Origin: Vulcanimicrobiota bacterium
Lineage (GTDB): Bacteria; Vulcanimicrobiota; Vulcanimicrobiia; Vulcanimicrobiales; Vulcanimicrobiaceae
Direction of reading: 5' to 3'
DNA length: 64,000 nucleotides
Assembly: GCA_963795855.1 (NCBI GenBank)
Contig: CAWCIZ010000003.1
Location: forward strand, 1,003,653-1,067,652
Shown: positions 10,070-22,221 of the stretch, one piece after another
Numbering within the stretch: the first letter of the stretch is position 1
Layout of the letters: each line of letters opens with the position of its first letter
The notes under the pieces: generated by a model
Database searches by the model: none
What the model was told of the DNA's origin: nothing
Seen by the model: the letters and a program-made list of their open reading frames with translations, nothing else
Made by a program: the position numbers and the translations under genes

Positions 10070-11672
10070 ATGAGCAAAATCGTCGTCATCGGAGGCGGCA
10101 CGATGGGTGCCGGGATCGCGTTCGTCGCGGCGGCAGCCGGCTTCGACGTCGACCTCGTCGAACCGGACGTCCCCGCCGCGGACCGCGCCAAGCAGCGCAT
10201 CGCGCGCGATGCCGAACGCGCCAAACTGCCGGACGCGGCGGCGCGCGTGCAACTGTACTCCACGCTCCAAAGCGGCTCCCAAGCCGATGCGGTCATAGAA
10301 GCGGTGCCGGAACGGCTCGATCTCAAGCGCGAGATCTTCGCTCAGATGGCGCGCACATTCGACGCCGGTACGCTCTTCGCGACCAATACGTCCTCGCTTT
10401 CGGTCGGCGAGATCGCGGAAAGGGTTCCGAACCCGGAGCGCGTGGCGGGTCTGCATTTCTTCAATCCGCCCGCGGCTATGAAATTGGTGGAGATCGTCCG
10501 CGCCGAATGCACGAGCGACGAAACGCTCGAACGCGCGCGAGCGATCGTCGAGCGCTTCGGAAAAACGGCCGTCTTGACTACGGATTCACCGGGGTTCATC
10601 GTGAATCGCGTCGCGCGGCCGTTCTATTTGCAGGCAATGCGTGCTTACGCCGCAGGCGTCGCTCCTTTGGACGATCTCGATCGGCTTGCGCGCGGCGCCG
10701 GCTTTCGCATGGGGCCGTTCGAGTTGATGGACCTGATCGGAATGGACGTGAATCTGGCCACCACGGAATCCGTCTACGAGCGCACGGGCGCGGAGCGGTT
10801 CGAACCGCTGGCGCTGCAGCGTCAATTGGTCGCGCAGAACCGGCTCGGAAGAAAAACCGGAGCCGGGTTCTACGATTACGCGCAAGGCGTGCCGCAGCAC
10901 GACGATGCGGTGCCGGTACCGTCCGCGGAAATGGATAGCGACGAACGAATCGTCATCATCGGCTACGCGGGGCTAGCCGTCGAAATGCACGACCGCCTCG
11001 CAAAACAGTACGCGAGCGTAGATCTGTGGGAAGACGAAGAGACGCTCGACGAGATTTCGCGCGACGCCACCGTCGTTTTCGACGTAGGCGACGGCGCTTC
11101 CGATCGCGGTGAGACGATCAAGATGCTCGACGGCGAACTGCCGCCTGAAACGGTTCTGTTCGCCGACGCGTACGCCACCGATCTTCGAAGCCTCGCGACG
11201 CGTTTGGAACATCCGGAACGCGTCGTCGGTTACGGCATTCTCGCGTCGCTGGAGAATCAGCGTATGGTCGAAATCGTCGACGCCGACGAAACCTCGGACG
11301 ATGCGCTCGAACTCGCTCAGGAGCTCGTTCGAAAGCATCGGATGCGCCGTCGTTTTAGTCGAAAACCATGCGGGGCTGTTTCTTGGCCGAACCGTGGGCT
11401 CGATCGTGAACGAGGCGGTGTGCGTCGTGCAGAATGAAATCGCAACTCCGGAAGACGTCGATCTCGCGATGCGGCTCGGAACGAACTATCCGCGCGGCCC
11501 GATCGAATGGGGGCGAGAGATCGGCGGCGACCGCGTGCGCCGCATCCTGCAACGAGTGGCGGCGGAAGATGGCAGTGCGTTCGAGCCGAGCCGCGCGTTG
11601 TGGGTTCTCGACGTGCAGCCGCAAGAGGAAACGGCGGAAGAGAACGACGCGTATCCGGGTTTGAGGCTTTAG
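10070..11672 (+). CDS. 3-hydroxyacyl-CoA dehydrogenase, PaaH-like (frameshift near 11325)
   Basis: GGGTMGAG, EAVPE, TNTSS, GLHFFNP, PGFIVNR; second dimerisation domain (DLAMRLGTNYPRGP) in the shifted frame. Confidence 0.88.
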
Positions 11673-12857
11673 GTGGAGAGAGAAGTTTGGGTCGTCGATG
11701 CGGTGCGTACGCCGATCGGACGGTACGGCGGCGCGCTTGCCGGCGTGCGTCCCGACGATTTGGCGGCCGCCGTTTTGCGCGCGCTCGTCGAACGCACGGG
11801 CGCCGACGCTTCACGCATCGACGACGTGCTGCTCGGTGCGGCAAATCAGAGCGGCGAAGACAATCGCAACGTCGCGCGCATGGCGGCGCTGCTCGCCGGT
11901 TTTCCCGTCGAGGTTCCCGGAACGACCCTCAACCGGTTGTGCGGCAGCAGTTTGCAGGCGATCAATTCCGCCGCACACGCGATCGCGTGGGGCGATGGCG
12001 AGGTGATGATCGCGGGCGGCGTGGAATCGATGACGCGCGCGCCCTTCGTGCAACTCAAAGCGGAGCGGCCCTACGAACGTCCACCGCAGCTTTTCGACAC
12101 GACGATCGGCTGGCGCATGATCAACCCGCGTATGAAAGAACTCTACCCGCCGATATCGCTCGGCGAGACCGCCGAGAAGGTCGCGGCGCAGTACGGCATA
12201 TCGCGCGTAGAGCAAGATCGGTTCGCGCTCGAATCGCAAAGGCGGACCAAAGCGGCGACGGCGCGGCACGCGTTCGATGATGAGATCGTTCCCGTGGGAG
12301 ACGTGCGCGTCGACGAACATCCGCGTCCGGATACGACGCTCGATGCGCTTGCGAAGCTCAAGCCTGCGTTCAAGAAAGACGGAACCGTCACCGCCGGAAA
12401 CTCTTCCGGAATCAACGACGGCGCCTCGGCGCTGCTGCTCTGCGAAGCCGGCGCGGCCAAGCGCCTCGGTTTGCGGCCGATGGCGCGCGTCGTCGCGTCA
12501 GGGGTAGCGGGCGTGCACCCCGACGTGATGGGCCTTGGCCCTATACCGGCAAGCCGCAAGGCGCTCGAACGCGCGGGCCTGAGCATGCGCGACGTCGACC
12601 TCGTGGAGATCAACGAAGCGTTCGCGGCTCAGTCCATCGCGTGCATGCGCGACCTGGAAATCGACGGCGCAAAGGCGAACGTCAACGGGGGCGCAATCGC
12701 ACTCGGGCATCCGCTCGGCGCGAGCGGAGCGCGGATCGCGACGACGCTGCTGCACGAGATGCGCCGCAGGCGCGCGCGTTACGGTTTGGCGACGATGTGC
12801 ATCGGCGTCGGACAAGGCATCACGACGATTTTCGAAAGGCTGGAAAGCGGAGAATGA
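11673..12857 (+). CDS. Thiolase, PaaJ/PcaF-like beta-ketoadipyl-CoA thiolase
   Basis: [38 protein letters not shown] typical of PaaJ/PcaF. Confidence 0.92.
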   Translation: MEREVWVVDAVRTPIGRYGGALAGVRPDDLAAAVLRALVERTGADASRIDDVLLGAANQSGEDNRNVARMAALLAGFPVEVPGTTLNRLCGSSLQAINSAAHAIAWGDGEVMIAGGVESMTRAPFVQLKAERPYERPPQLFDTTIGWRMINPRMKELYPPISLGETAEKVAAQYGISRVEQDRFALESQRRTKAATARHAFDDEIVPVGDVRVDEHPRPDTTLDALAKLKPAFKKDGTVTAGNSSGINDGASALLLCEAGAAKRLGLRPMARVVASGVAGVHPDVMGLGPIPASRKALERAGLSMRDVDLVEINEAFAAQSIACMRDLEIDGAKANVNGGAIALGHPLGASGARIATTLLHEMRRRRARYGLATMCIGVGQGITTIFERLESGE

Positions 12858-14347
12858 CCGCCACTGCACCGAGCATCAAAACCCAACTCCTGATCGGCAA
12901 GGAGTGGCTCGACGCGCAAAGCGGCGGCACGTATGCCGACGTGAATCCGGCAACCGGCGCGGTTCTCGCCGACGTCGCGAATGCGGACGCCGCCGACGTC
13001 GATCGCGCGGTGAAGGCGGCCCGCGCGGCATTCGAGCGCGGCAAATGGGCGACCATGGCTGCATCGCGCCGCGCGAAAATCATTTACAAGATGGCGCAGC
13101 TCATCGCCGAGCGCGCGAACGACTTGGCGCTGCTCGAAGTTCGAGACAACGGAAAAACGATCGGCACGGCGAAGGGCGAACTCGGCGCAATCGTCGACTG
13201 CTTTGAATTTTACGCCGGTGCTGCCACGAAAAATTACGGAAGCACGTTGCCCGCACCGATGCCGGGATACCTTGCGTACACGGTGCGCGAACCGGTCGGC
13301 GTCGTCGGCGCGATCGTTCCGTGGAATTTCCCGCTGCTGCTCGCGTCCTGGAAGGTGGCGCCCGCCTTGGCCGCGGGGTGCGCCGTCGTGCTCAAACCCG
13401 CGCCGTCCACGCCGCTTACGGCAATCGAACTGGGCAAGATTGCGCTCGAGGCGGGATTACCCGAAGGCGTTCTCAACGTGCTCACCGGTTCCACCACGAA
13501 CCTGGGCCAAGCGATCGTCGAGCACCCCGGCATCGACAAGATCGCGTTTACCGGAAGTACGGCAACCGGCAAGCGCGTTGCCGCGACGGCCGCGCAAACG
13601 GTCAAGCGCGTAACGCTGGAACTGGGCGGCAAGTCGCCTTCGATCGTATTCGACGATGCCGATCTGACGCAAGCGGTGAACGGCGCGTTGTACGGTATTT
13701 TCTACAACGCCGGGCAAACGTGCGAAGCGCGCTCGCGCGTGCTGGTGGACGAGCGAATCGCGGACGAATTCATCGCGCAATTTCGCGACAAGGCGCTCAA
13801 GCTGCGAATCGGCAACCCGGAAGATCCGCAGACGCAAATCGGCGCAATAACGATGCGGGAGCAGTTCGAAAAGATTCGATCGTACTGCGAGATCGGTGCC
13901 TCTGAAGGTGCGACCAAACTTTTCGGCGGCGAGCCCGCGCAGCTTACGAGCGATTTCGTGCGCGGCTGGTTTTGGAATGCGACGGCATTCGAAGCGCAGG
14001 CCGGCCATCGCATCGCGCGCGAAGAGATCTTCGGCCCGGTAGCCGCGTTCGTGCGGTTCAAGGATGAAGCGCATGCCGTCGCGCTCGCGAACGACTCGGA
14101 GTACGGATTATCCGCCAGCGTTTGGTCGCAGAACGTCGGCCGTGTGAATCGCGTGGCGGCAGCGCTTCGCAGCGGCACGGTCGCGATCAACACGCCGTAC
14201 GCCGTTTTCCCCGGCGTACCGTTCGGAGGGTATAAACAATCCGGTTACGGGCGCGAACTGGGGTACGAGACTGTAGCGCTCTACTCGGAAACGAAAAGCG
14301 TGTTGACGTACGTGGGCGAAAAACCCATCAATCCATTTGGAGCTTGA
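12854..14347 (+). CDS. Aldehyde dehydrogenase
   Basis: [33 protein letters not shown] overlap. Confidence 0.93.
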   Translation: MTATAPSIKTQLLIGKEWLDAQSGGTYADVNPATGAVLADVANADAADVDRAVKAARAAFERGKWATMAASRRAKIIYKMAQLIAERANDLALLEVRDNGKTIGTAKGELGAIVDCFEFYAGAATKNYGSTLPAPMPGYLAYTVREPVGVVGAIVPWNFPLLLASWKVAPALAAGCAVVLKPAPSTPLTAIELGKIALEAGLPEGVLNVLTGSTTNLGQAIVEHPGIDKIAFTGSTATGKRVAATAAQTVKRVTLELGGKSPSIVFDDADLTQAVNGALYGIFYNAGQTCEARSRVLVDERIADEFIAQFRDKALKLRIGNPEDPQTQIGAITMREQFEKIRSYCEIGASEGATKLFGGEPAQLTSDFVRGWFWNATAFEAQAGHRIAREEIFGPVAAFVRFKDEAHAVALANDSEYGLSASVWSQNVGRVNRVAAALRSGTVAINTPYAVFPGVPFGGYKQSGYGRELGYETVALYSETKSVLTYVGEKPINPFGA

Positions 14348-14680
14348 GCCATCGAAGCGCTGAAAATCGGGGAACGTTACCAGACGACGTATGGGACGCT
14401 GTGGAAGGACGGCACGTACTTTCCTCGCGGTACGAGCGTGCTGGTCGTCGGGCTTCATCTCGAAGAAGGCTTTTGCGTTCGTTTCCCGGCGGAAGTCGAG
14501 GGCGAGTCGTTGGAGACGTGGGAAGATTGGGGCGAGTGTGATTTCCTCGCGGAGGTGGGGAGCATCGAAGAAATCGCGCCGGTTTCACAAGCGATGCTCG
14601 CGGAGGCACGCGAGGTTCTTCGCGATGCGGAAGACGGCTGTCACCTGCACTTGCACGAGGGCGACGAGCCGCAGAGTTAG
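14344..14680 (+). CDS. Hypothetical acidic protein of about 110 aa (apparent extra base just after the TTG start)
   Basis: The frame of 14438..14680 is open back to 14348 (IEALKIGERYQTTYGTLWKDGTYFPRG...); TTGA overlap with the ALDH stop. Confidence 0.6.
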
Positions 14681-14782
14681 CGATACTATCCACAAGGTGA
14701 GCGCGCGCGCGCGGAAAATTGTGACGGCGGCAGCGGTGCTACGATCCGCGGCCGCTTCTTCGTTTTTTGAAAAGGATTGTTT

Positions 14783-17468
14783 ATGAAGGTACGGGCTTTG
14801 GTTTTTGCGGCGATGGCGGCCGTGCTGGCAATGCCGTCGCTCGCGCGCGCCGCCGACAACGCAGGCACCATCGCCGGAAGCGTGCACAACACGTCCGGCG
14901 CGCCGATCGCCGACGCAAACGTCATAGCGAGCGGAGCGGTCACTCAGCGCACCTCGACCGATTCCTCAGGCAAGTTCGCGTTGACGCTTCCGGCCGGATT
15001 CTACCGAATCGACGTGAGCAAAGGCGGCTACCTCGCAGCCACCGAGACGGATCTCACCTTACTCGCGGGCGCGACGCTGCCGGTCGACATCACGCTGCAG
15101 CAAGCGGACCTCGCTTCGCTCAAGACGATTGCGCGCGTGACCAGCTCCCGCTCGCAGCTCGATCAACACCGGAGCCGCAGCAATCGCGATTGCCGGACGT
15201 CAAGAGTTCGCAAATCTTGCGTCCCCGCAGATCAACGACGTCGTCGAACGTATTCCCGGTGCGGACATCGAGAAAGGCTCCAGTTCGCCGAACACGAGCT
15301 TCACCGTGGCCGGCACGCAGGGCTATGAAACGCAAGTATTGATCGAGGGCCATCCCGTTTCGATCGGACGCTACGGCGTCTGGTTTTCTCAGTTCTTCAA
15401 CTCGTTCATGGTAGGTAATGTCGAGGCGCAGCTCGGCCCCGGCAACACCACGCCGTTCGCGGGCACCGCGGTCGGCGGCACGATCAACATCACGACGCCC
15501 GCGTATACGAAGAACGGCGCCTATCATTTGGTGACCGGCGAAGATTCGCTCGCCGGCAGCTACACCAACGCGCTGTACAGCGGCAGCAGCGGTAAACTTT
15601 CGTACATGGCGGGGCTGGGAACGGCCGGCGTGAACACGCCGTATACCGGCACGTACGGTTGCGTTTTGGATGCGACGAACAAAAAGACGTGGAACACCGC
15701 GGGCGCGCAAGGCGTCGTCTCGTTCTGCGGCGACCTGGGCGGCGGGCAGTTCAACAAGGCGGAACTGCTCAAAGCGAAATGGGACTTCTCGCCGAGCACC
15801 TCGTTCGAATTCGGCTTTATGGGATCGCAGGCCGGATACAATCCGCAGGGCAGTGCGTACGGGTTGCTCGCGCCCAATACGACGGTTGCCAACTGCATCA
15901 CGGTCGGCAGCGGCGCATCCGTGCACCAAGAATGCACGAATCCCGCGTACGCCGGCATGGCAGGACAGAAAATCAACGGTCTGTTTTTCTATCCCGGATC
16001 GGCGGTATCGAACAACATGCCGCTCTTCACCGCGCAGTTGCGCACCGCCCTCGGCAACAATACGCTGCTGGTTCGACCGTACGGCGGATCGATCACGCGC
16101 ATCATCGACGGCTCGGGCGAAGCGGACTACGGCATCTGGTGGTATCCGAAGTCGGATCCGAACGCCGCGAACGCGTGCTCGAACGCGAGCTTCGGCAAAC
16201 CGATCGTCACGCCGGGTACGGGTATGAACGTCTGTCAAGACACGCCGTACACGACGGTGGAAACGGACAAGCTGCGCGGCGCGACGCTGTCGTTCATCCA
16301 TCCGATGGGCTTGGATCAGCTCACGTTCAACTACGACTACCACAGCGATGAAACGTACGCGATCGCCGGCAATCCGAATCAGGCGGGGGGCTTACCGCCC
16401 GCCGTTCCCGACACGATGGAGAAGTACAACTCGCTTTCGCTCACGGGCGATTTCGCGCTGACCGAACGCTTGACGCTCAAAGCCGGCGCGTATCAAAACT
16501 GGTGGTATCTGAACGGCTGGGCGCCGACGCTGAACGGTGCGAAGGGAACGATCGTTCCGTTCACTCGTACCGTCGGTTCGTTCGATCCGCACGTTGCGCT
16601 CACGTATCAACCGCATGGCGGCGAATCGATTCGTTTGGCGCTCGGCACGTCGACGACGTTCCCGTACGCCGGTATCGTCAGCGGTACGGCGTACACGACG
16701 CCCGGCGCAACCGGTACCGTCGCGCTTAACGGTAAAAATCCGCTGCTCTCGCCTGAGAAAGCGTACGAAGCGGATCTCGGTTTCGACAAGCGCCTTTGGG
16801 ACGGCAGCATCGTGAGCCTCGATCTCATCGACACGCAGGTGCACAACGTGTTCGAGAACTCCTCGATCGCTGTCACCGGCGAGCCGTACAGCGTCATCTA
16901 TCAACCGCTCAACGCAGCGAATCTTTCCAGCGAATTGGCGATGCTGACGTGGCGGCGCGAGCCGCTCGCCGGTTGGGGTTACCGGCTTTCGGTAACCGCA
17001 GATCGCTCCGTTCCGAGCGGCATTCCGATCCCCGCATCGCAGAAGAGCTATTCGATTCCCTCAAACGGCGTGCAGCAGTGCAGCGACGGCGGAAGCGCCG
17101 TGTGCATCCCGTATCTCAAAGGATATGCGGCGCTCGAATATACCTTTAACGATCGGACGTTCGCGCACATCGGCGTGAACTACCAAGGCAAGAACAACAC
17201 GTACTTCCAGCCGCCGTTCGCGATCTGGGACGCCACGCTGCGTCGCCCGATTCCCAACACGCCGCTAAGCGTCCAGGCGTCGGTGTACAATTTGTTCGAC
17301 ACCAACACGTTCGGCGGTCTCGTGACGCCGAACGCCGGAACGCCGCTCGTGGGCGAGAACGGCACCGGGCAGTACGGCACGTACACGCAGTCGGTACCAT
17401 TCCCGCTGCTTCCGGTGCAGCCGCGCACGCTGCGCGTGCAGCTCGACTACAACGTCGGGGGCCGGTAA
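14783..17468 (+). CDS. TonB-dependent receptor with N-terminal carboxypeptidase-regulatory-like domain (frameshifts near 15150-15210)
   Basis: Signal peptide, GTIAGSV...GAPIADANV domain, plug-like TQVLIEGHP and VGGTINI, PEKA, VYNLFD, terminal PRTLRVQLDY. Confidence 0.82.
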
Positions 17469-17506
17469 GGCATACCATCACTCCCGAGACCGTACCACCG
17501 AGCGCG

Positions 17507-18349
17507 TTATTCCCGCGCGGCGCGGAAGAAGTGTTCCGCTTTATTCGAAACGAGCGAGTAGTATTCGCGGAACAGCGCGGCCGCGACCGTCCCAGGCCAA
17601 TGCGCGGGCAACAGCGTGCTCGGTAAACCGGGATCGATGTACGTGAATTTGCGGTAATCGTGGACAAGCCACATGCGCTCCACGAAGGCCTCGTCATCGC
17701 GTAGCGTGCGCCGCGCGCGCTCCTCATGCAGGCGCGGTTCGTAGCGCCCGATGAACTCGCGGTACTGCTCGGCAATTGCCGGCAGATTCCAGCAGCGTTC
17801 GAGCAGTTCGCGGTCGGTGTGCGGGCCGCGATACTCGCCGACGAACAGATCGACGGTGTCGAGCACCTGATTCGCTTCCGCCGCGCCGCGCGCGGCTTCG
17901 AGCGCGTCATTGGGCGAGACCCACGTGGACGCCGACAGCGGCGCCCAGCCGAGCACGAGCAAATCTTTGCGCAGGCCGTCACGCCCCTCGCGCCGGCTCT
18001 CGGCGACCGAGTACGTGAGCATTCGCCACCGGCCGTCCCACTCGACGACCGGACCGTAGATCCGCGGACTGATTGCCTCGACGCGCCGACGGCCTCGGTC
18101 GGTGAGGCAGTAATAGGAGCGATTTCCGCGTTTGTCGGCGATAAGCCAGCCTTGCCGGGACATGCGAGAAACCGCCTGTCGCACGGCGGCCTCGGAGATT
18201 CCGAACTCCCCCATAAGGCGAATCAGACCCCCGACCCAAAGCTCGCCTTTGGCCGTCGGATCGCGGTGGACGAAGTCCCCGAACAACGTATAAATGAACG
18301 AATTGGGGCGCGTTACCGCGCGCTGCTCAGGAGCGAGCGCCACCTTCAC
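17507..18349 (-). CDS. paaX: PaaX family transcriptional repressor
   Basis: IYTLFGD, VRQAVSRM wHTH, WDGRW, C-terminal DPGLPSTLLPAHWPG; AAGGAG SD. Confidence 0.9.
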   Translation of the reverse strand: MKVALAPEQRAVTRPNSFIYTLFGDFVHRDPTAKGELWVGGLIRLMGEFGISEAAVRQAVSRMSRQGWLIADKRGNRSYYCLTDRGRRRVEAISPRIYGPVVEWDGRWRMLTYSVAESRREGRDGLRKDLLVLGWAPLSASTWVSPNDALEAARGAAEANQVLDTVDLFVGEYRGPHTDRELLERCWNLPAIAEQYREFIGRYEPRLHEERARRTLRDDEAFVERMWLVHDYRKFTYIDPGLPSTLLPAHWPGTVAAALFREYYSLVSNKAEHFFRAARE

Positions 18350-18355
18350 GTCTCC

Positions 18356-18419
18356 TTGACACGCGCATCCGGGAACGATAATATGACACTATTCTCACGG
18401 TACGGTGATTTTCCGTCAT
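18356..18419 (+). promoter_or_regulatory. Sigma70 promoter and candidate PaaX operator
   Basis: TTGACA(18356)-N17-TAATAT(18379), followed by inverted repeat ATGAC-N27-GTCAT (18383-18419). Confidence 0.6.
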
Positions 18420-18452
18420 GGAACCAAGCGGCCCATGACAAGAGGAGTTTCC

Positions 18453-19580
18453 ATGGCGCGCATTTCCACCTTCGACGACTGGATCGACCTGCTCCAGGAA
18501 TGGCAGAAGGACATCGGGCTGAACCAGGAGCTTATCGATCGCTTTATGCCCGGCTACCAGTTCGAAGCGAAGTACGGCGAACTTACCGGGCGTGAAATCT
18601 CGTTCGGCGACTTCAAGGGCGAGCGCCGCTGGGAGAAGATTCTCGAGATTCCCGATCAGCGTATGCGCGACGCACTGCTGAACATGATCGTGTATCAGGG
18701 AGACACCGAATTCGCCTCCAACGAGCAGCAGCGTTTTCTCGTCAACAACGCTCCCAGCGAATACGATCTGGCTTCGCTGGTGCGGATTATGGTGGAAGAA
18801 ACCCGTCACGGCTATCAGATGTGCCATCTGCTCGTGAACAACTTCGGCCACGACGGCAAAATCGAAGCGCAGAAGATGCTCGAACGCCGGGCCTTCGGCA
18901 AGAAGAACCGCCTGCTCAACGCGTTCAACGACGACGTTACGCATTGGCTCGACTTTTTCGCCTACACGAATTTCATGGACCGCGACGGAAAGTTTCAGCT
19001 GACGATGCTTTCGCATTCCGGGTTTGCTCCGCTCGCGCAATCGATGGGCCCGATGCTGCGCGAAGAATCGTACCACATGGGCACCGGCATCTCGGGACTG
19101 CGCCGCATCGCGCAGGCGAACGTCATTCCGGTCGAACTGCAGCAGAAATACTACAACAAATGGATCTCCGGTTCGCTGGATCTTTTCGGCACCGACCATT
19201 CCGGGTCTGCGCAATGGGCTTATACCTGGGGCATCAAAGGCCGCGTCGACGAGGACAAAGCCGGCGAAACCGTCGACAAAGAACGTTTGAACGAGCGCGC
19301 TCGCGGCCAGTTCTACGAAGAGTGCGAGAAGACGATCGAGCGCGTGAACGCGGTCAACGCCTCGGAAACGAAGTTGTACATGCCGGACATCCGGTTCAAT
19401 CGCAAGATCGGCGCGTACGCCGGCCAGTACTGGAGCGTCGACGGCCGCGAGTTGACCAAAGAGCAGTGGGACGCGTACGTTCAGAACGTTTTGCCTACCG
19501 CTCAAGACGACGAGCAACTCAAAGCGTATTTCAAAGATCCCTCGTGGATCGCACCAAAAGGTAAAAGTGAGGCAGCGTAG
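18453..19580 (+). CDS. BoxB-like diiron aryl-CoA epoxidase subunit (PaaA/PaaC/BoxB family)
   Basis: QGDTEFASNEQQ, EETRH, DRDGKFQL, EESYH diiron ligands; AGAGGAG SD. Confidence 0.82.
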   Translation: MARISTFDDWIDLLQEWQKDIGLNQELIDRFMPGYQFEAKYGELTGREISFGDFKGERRWEKILEIPDQRMRDALLNMIVYQGDTEFASNEQQRFLVNNAPSEYDLASLVRIMVEETRHGYQMCHLLVNNFGHDGKIEAQKMLERRAFGKKNRLLNAFNDDVTHWLDFFAYTNFMDRDGKFQLTMLSHSGFAPLAQSMGPMLREESYHMGTGISGLRRIAQANVIPVELQQKYYNKWISGSLDLFGTDHSGSAQWAYTWGIKGRVDEDKAGETVDKERLNERARGQFYEECEKTIERVNAVNASETKLYMPDIRFNRKIGAYAGQYWSVDGRELTKEQWDAYVQNVLPTAQDDEQLKAYFKDPSWIAPKGKSEAA

Positions 19581-19582
19581 CC

Positions 19583-20452
19583 ATGACAACGACGGAAAAC
19601 GGTCTTCGCGCGGCTGATAGCCGGCAAACCCCATTCGGACGTGAAACCCGCGCGTTCGACGGCAAACGCGTTATCGACTACTCGAAAGACGGCCACGTCG
19701 CGGTCATCGAGATGAACGATCCGCCGGCAAACACGTACACGCACGAGATGATGCGGCAGCTGGACGAGGCGATTCTCGACGCGCGTTTCGACCAGGACGT
19801 CGAAGTGCTCTTGATCACCGGCAAAGGCGAGAAATTCTTCTCCGCCGGTGCGAACATCGGCATGCTGAACAGCGTCACGCCGGAGTTCAAATACAACTTC
19901 TGCCTGCACGCGAACGAGACGCTCTCCCGCCTGGAGCAAACGCCGAAACTGGTCATCGCGGCGCTCAACGGCCACTGCGTGGGCGGCGGTCTCGAGATCG
20001 CCATGGCTTGCGACATCCGCATCGCGCGGCAAGACGCCGGCAAGATCGGCCTGCCGGAAGTTGCTCTCGGCGTACTGCCCGGAACCGGCGGCACGCAGCG
20101 GCTGGCTCGTCTAGTCGGAAAATCGCGCGCTATCGAACTAATGTGCACCGGCCGCACGTACAGTTTCGAACAGGCGCAGGAATGGGGCATCGTCAACGAC
20201 GTTCTCGAGGGCGACGCCCAGAGTTTCCGCGATCAAGTGCTGACTTACGCCAAGCAGTTCACGACGCCGAACAAGGCGCCGATGGCGATCGGCCACATCA
20301 AGCGCAGCGTCCAGACCGGCATGGAACTGCCGCTCAACGACGCTCTCGCGCTGGAGCGCGATCTCCAGTCGCTGCTCTTCAAGAGCGAAGACGCGAAAGA
20401 AGGCATTGCCGCTTACAACGAAAAGCGCATGGCCAAATTCAAGAACCGGTAG
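19583..20452 (+). CDS. Enoyl-CoA hydratase/isomerase (crotonase)
   Basis: FSAGANI, GHCVGGGLEIAMACD, PEVALGVLPGTGGTQRL. Confidence 0.92.
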   Translation: MTTTENGLRAADSRQTPFGRETRAFDGKRVIDYSKDGHVAVIEMNDPPANTYTHEMMRQLDEAILDARFDQDVEVLLITGKGEKFFSAGANIGMLNSVTPEFKYNFCLHANETLSRLEQTPKLVIAALNGHCVGGGLEIAMACDIRIARQDAGKIGLPEVALGVLPGTGGTQRLARLVGKSRAIELMCTGRTYSFEQAQEWGIVNDVLEGDAQSFRDQVLTYAKQFTTPNKAPMAIGHIKRSVQTGMELPLNDALALERDLQSLLFKSEDAKEGIAAYNEKRMAKFKNR

Positions 20453-20486
20453 GGCAGCCGCGAACGCTTGGTCGAAAACCCGCCGC

Positions 20487-22218
20487 ATGTTCAGCATACG
20501 ACGGGTTCTCGCTTGCGCCGCCCTAGCCGGCTTGATCGGTGCGGCGCCCGCGCCTTCGCCTGCGAAAAGCGCAGACGCGCAATTTCAAACGCTGGCGCAC
20601 GACTTTTTCTACTGGGGCTTCAAAGAATCGCCGACGCAGGCAACTGCCGTCGGCGTTCATACATATGACGCGCAGCTCGACGACATGTCGCAAGCGGCGG
20701 TCGCGCGCCGGGATGCGACGATCAAATCCTATCTCGCAAAATTTGAGGCGATCGATCCGTCGGCGTTGACGCCGGACGACGCGCTCGATCGAACGCTCGT
20801 TATCGACGCAATCCGCGACCAGGTTCTCTCGACCGACACGCTTCAGGATTGGAAGCACAACCCGGACATCTACACGGGGCTCGCCAGCGGTGCGCTCTTC
20901 CTACTGATCTCACGCGATTTCGCGCCGCTTCCGGTGCGCATGCGGGACGCAATCGCCCGCGAACGCGCGATACCGGCGATGCTCGTCCGCGCGAAGGCAA
21001 ACATCGTTTCGGTGGACGCGATGACGCAGCAAATCGCCGCCGAACAGGCACAAGGAAGCGTCGGTTTCTTCGCACAGACCATTCCGCAGGCGTTTGCGCC
21101 GGTGCATGACGCCGGACTGCAGGCTCAGTTGAAAACGGCGAATGCCGCCGCGATGGCGGCGCTGAAGAGCTACGCTTCGTGGATATCCGCCCTGAAACCG
21201 CGCGGCACGTTTGCTATCGGCAGTGACGCGTACGAGAAAAAGCTGCAATACGAAGACGCGCTCTCCATGCCCGTGGCGCAGTACCTGTCGTACGGCGAAA
21301 AGGCTCTCGCGCAGACGCGCGCGCAATTCATCGCTACTGCAAAGCGAATCGATGCGAAGCGGACGCCGCAGCAGGTATACGCTTCGCTTGCTAAGGACTA
21401 TCCGCCGCCATCGCAGCTGATTGAGCAAAGCCACCAGCGATCTCACGCGGCTGCGCGCATTCGTGATCTCGCATCATATCGTGACGATGCCGTCGGACGC
21501 GAGCATCAAAGTTATTCCCACGCCGCCGTTCGAACGCGCGTTCATCACCGCCGCGGAAGATTCGCCGGGCGCTCTCGAAACCGTCGCGACGCAGGCGTAT
21601 TACTATGTGACGCCGCCGAACAACGCGTGGCCGGCCGCACGCACCGCGGGCTTCATGGCGCAATTCAACGACTATCAGTTCCCGATTATCTCGGCACACG
21701 AAGTGTATCCGGGGCACTTCACCAACTTCGCAATCGATCGGCATTTGAAACTCAGCCTCACGCGCAGACTGCTGAGCAGCTCGGAATTCGCGGAAGGCTG
21801 GGCGCATTACGGCGAGCAGATGATGGTCGATCAGGGTTGGGGCAACGGCGATCCGCACGTTCGGCTGGCGCAATTGGAAGAGGCGCTGCTGCGCGAGTGC
21901 CGGTACGTCGCCGGGGTGAAACTTCATACTGCCGGATGGAGCGTCAAACAAGCGGAGCAGCTGTTCGAGAGTCAATGTTTCCAAACGCCTGCGGTGGCGC
22001 TGGAAGAATCGATGCGCGGAACGCAGGATCCGATGTACGGATATTACACGCTGGGCAAATTGATGATCCTCAAATTGCGCGCGGACTACAAAAAGAAACT
22101 TGGCTCGGCGTTCACGCTCGAGAAATTCCACGACGCGTTCCTCGCGCACGGCGATCCGCCGATTCCTTTGGTCCGCAGGATGATTCTCGGCAGCGCGGAC
22201 GACGGCAGACCGCTCTAG
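20487..22218 (+). CDS. DUF885 family secreted protein (frameshift near 21420)
   Basis: Signal peptide; HEVYPGH, FAEGWAHYGE, YYTLGKLMILKLR, FHDAFL. Confidence 0.88.
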
Positions 22219-22221
22219 AGC

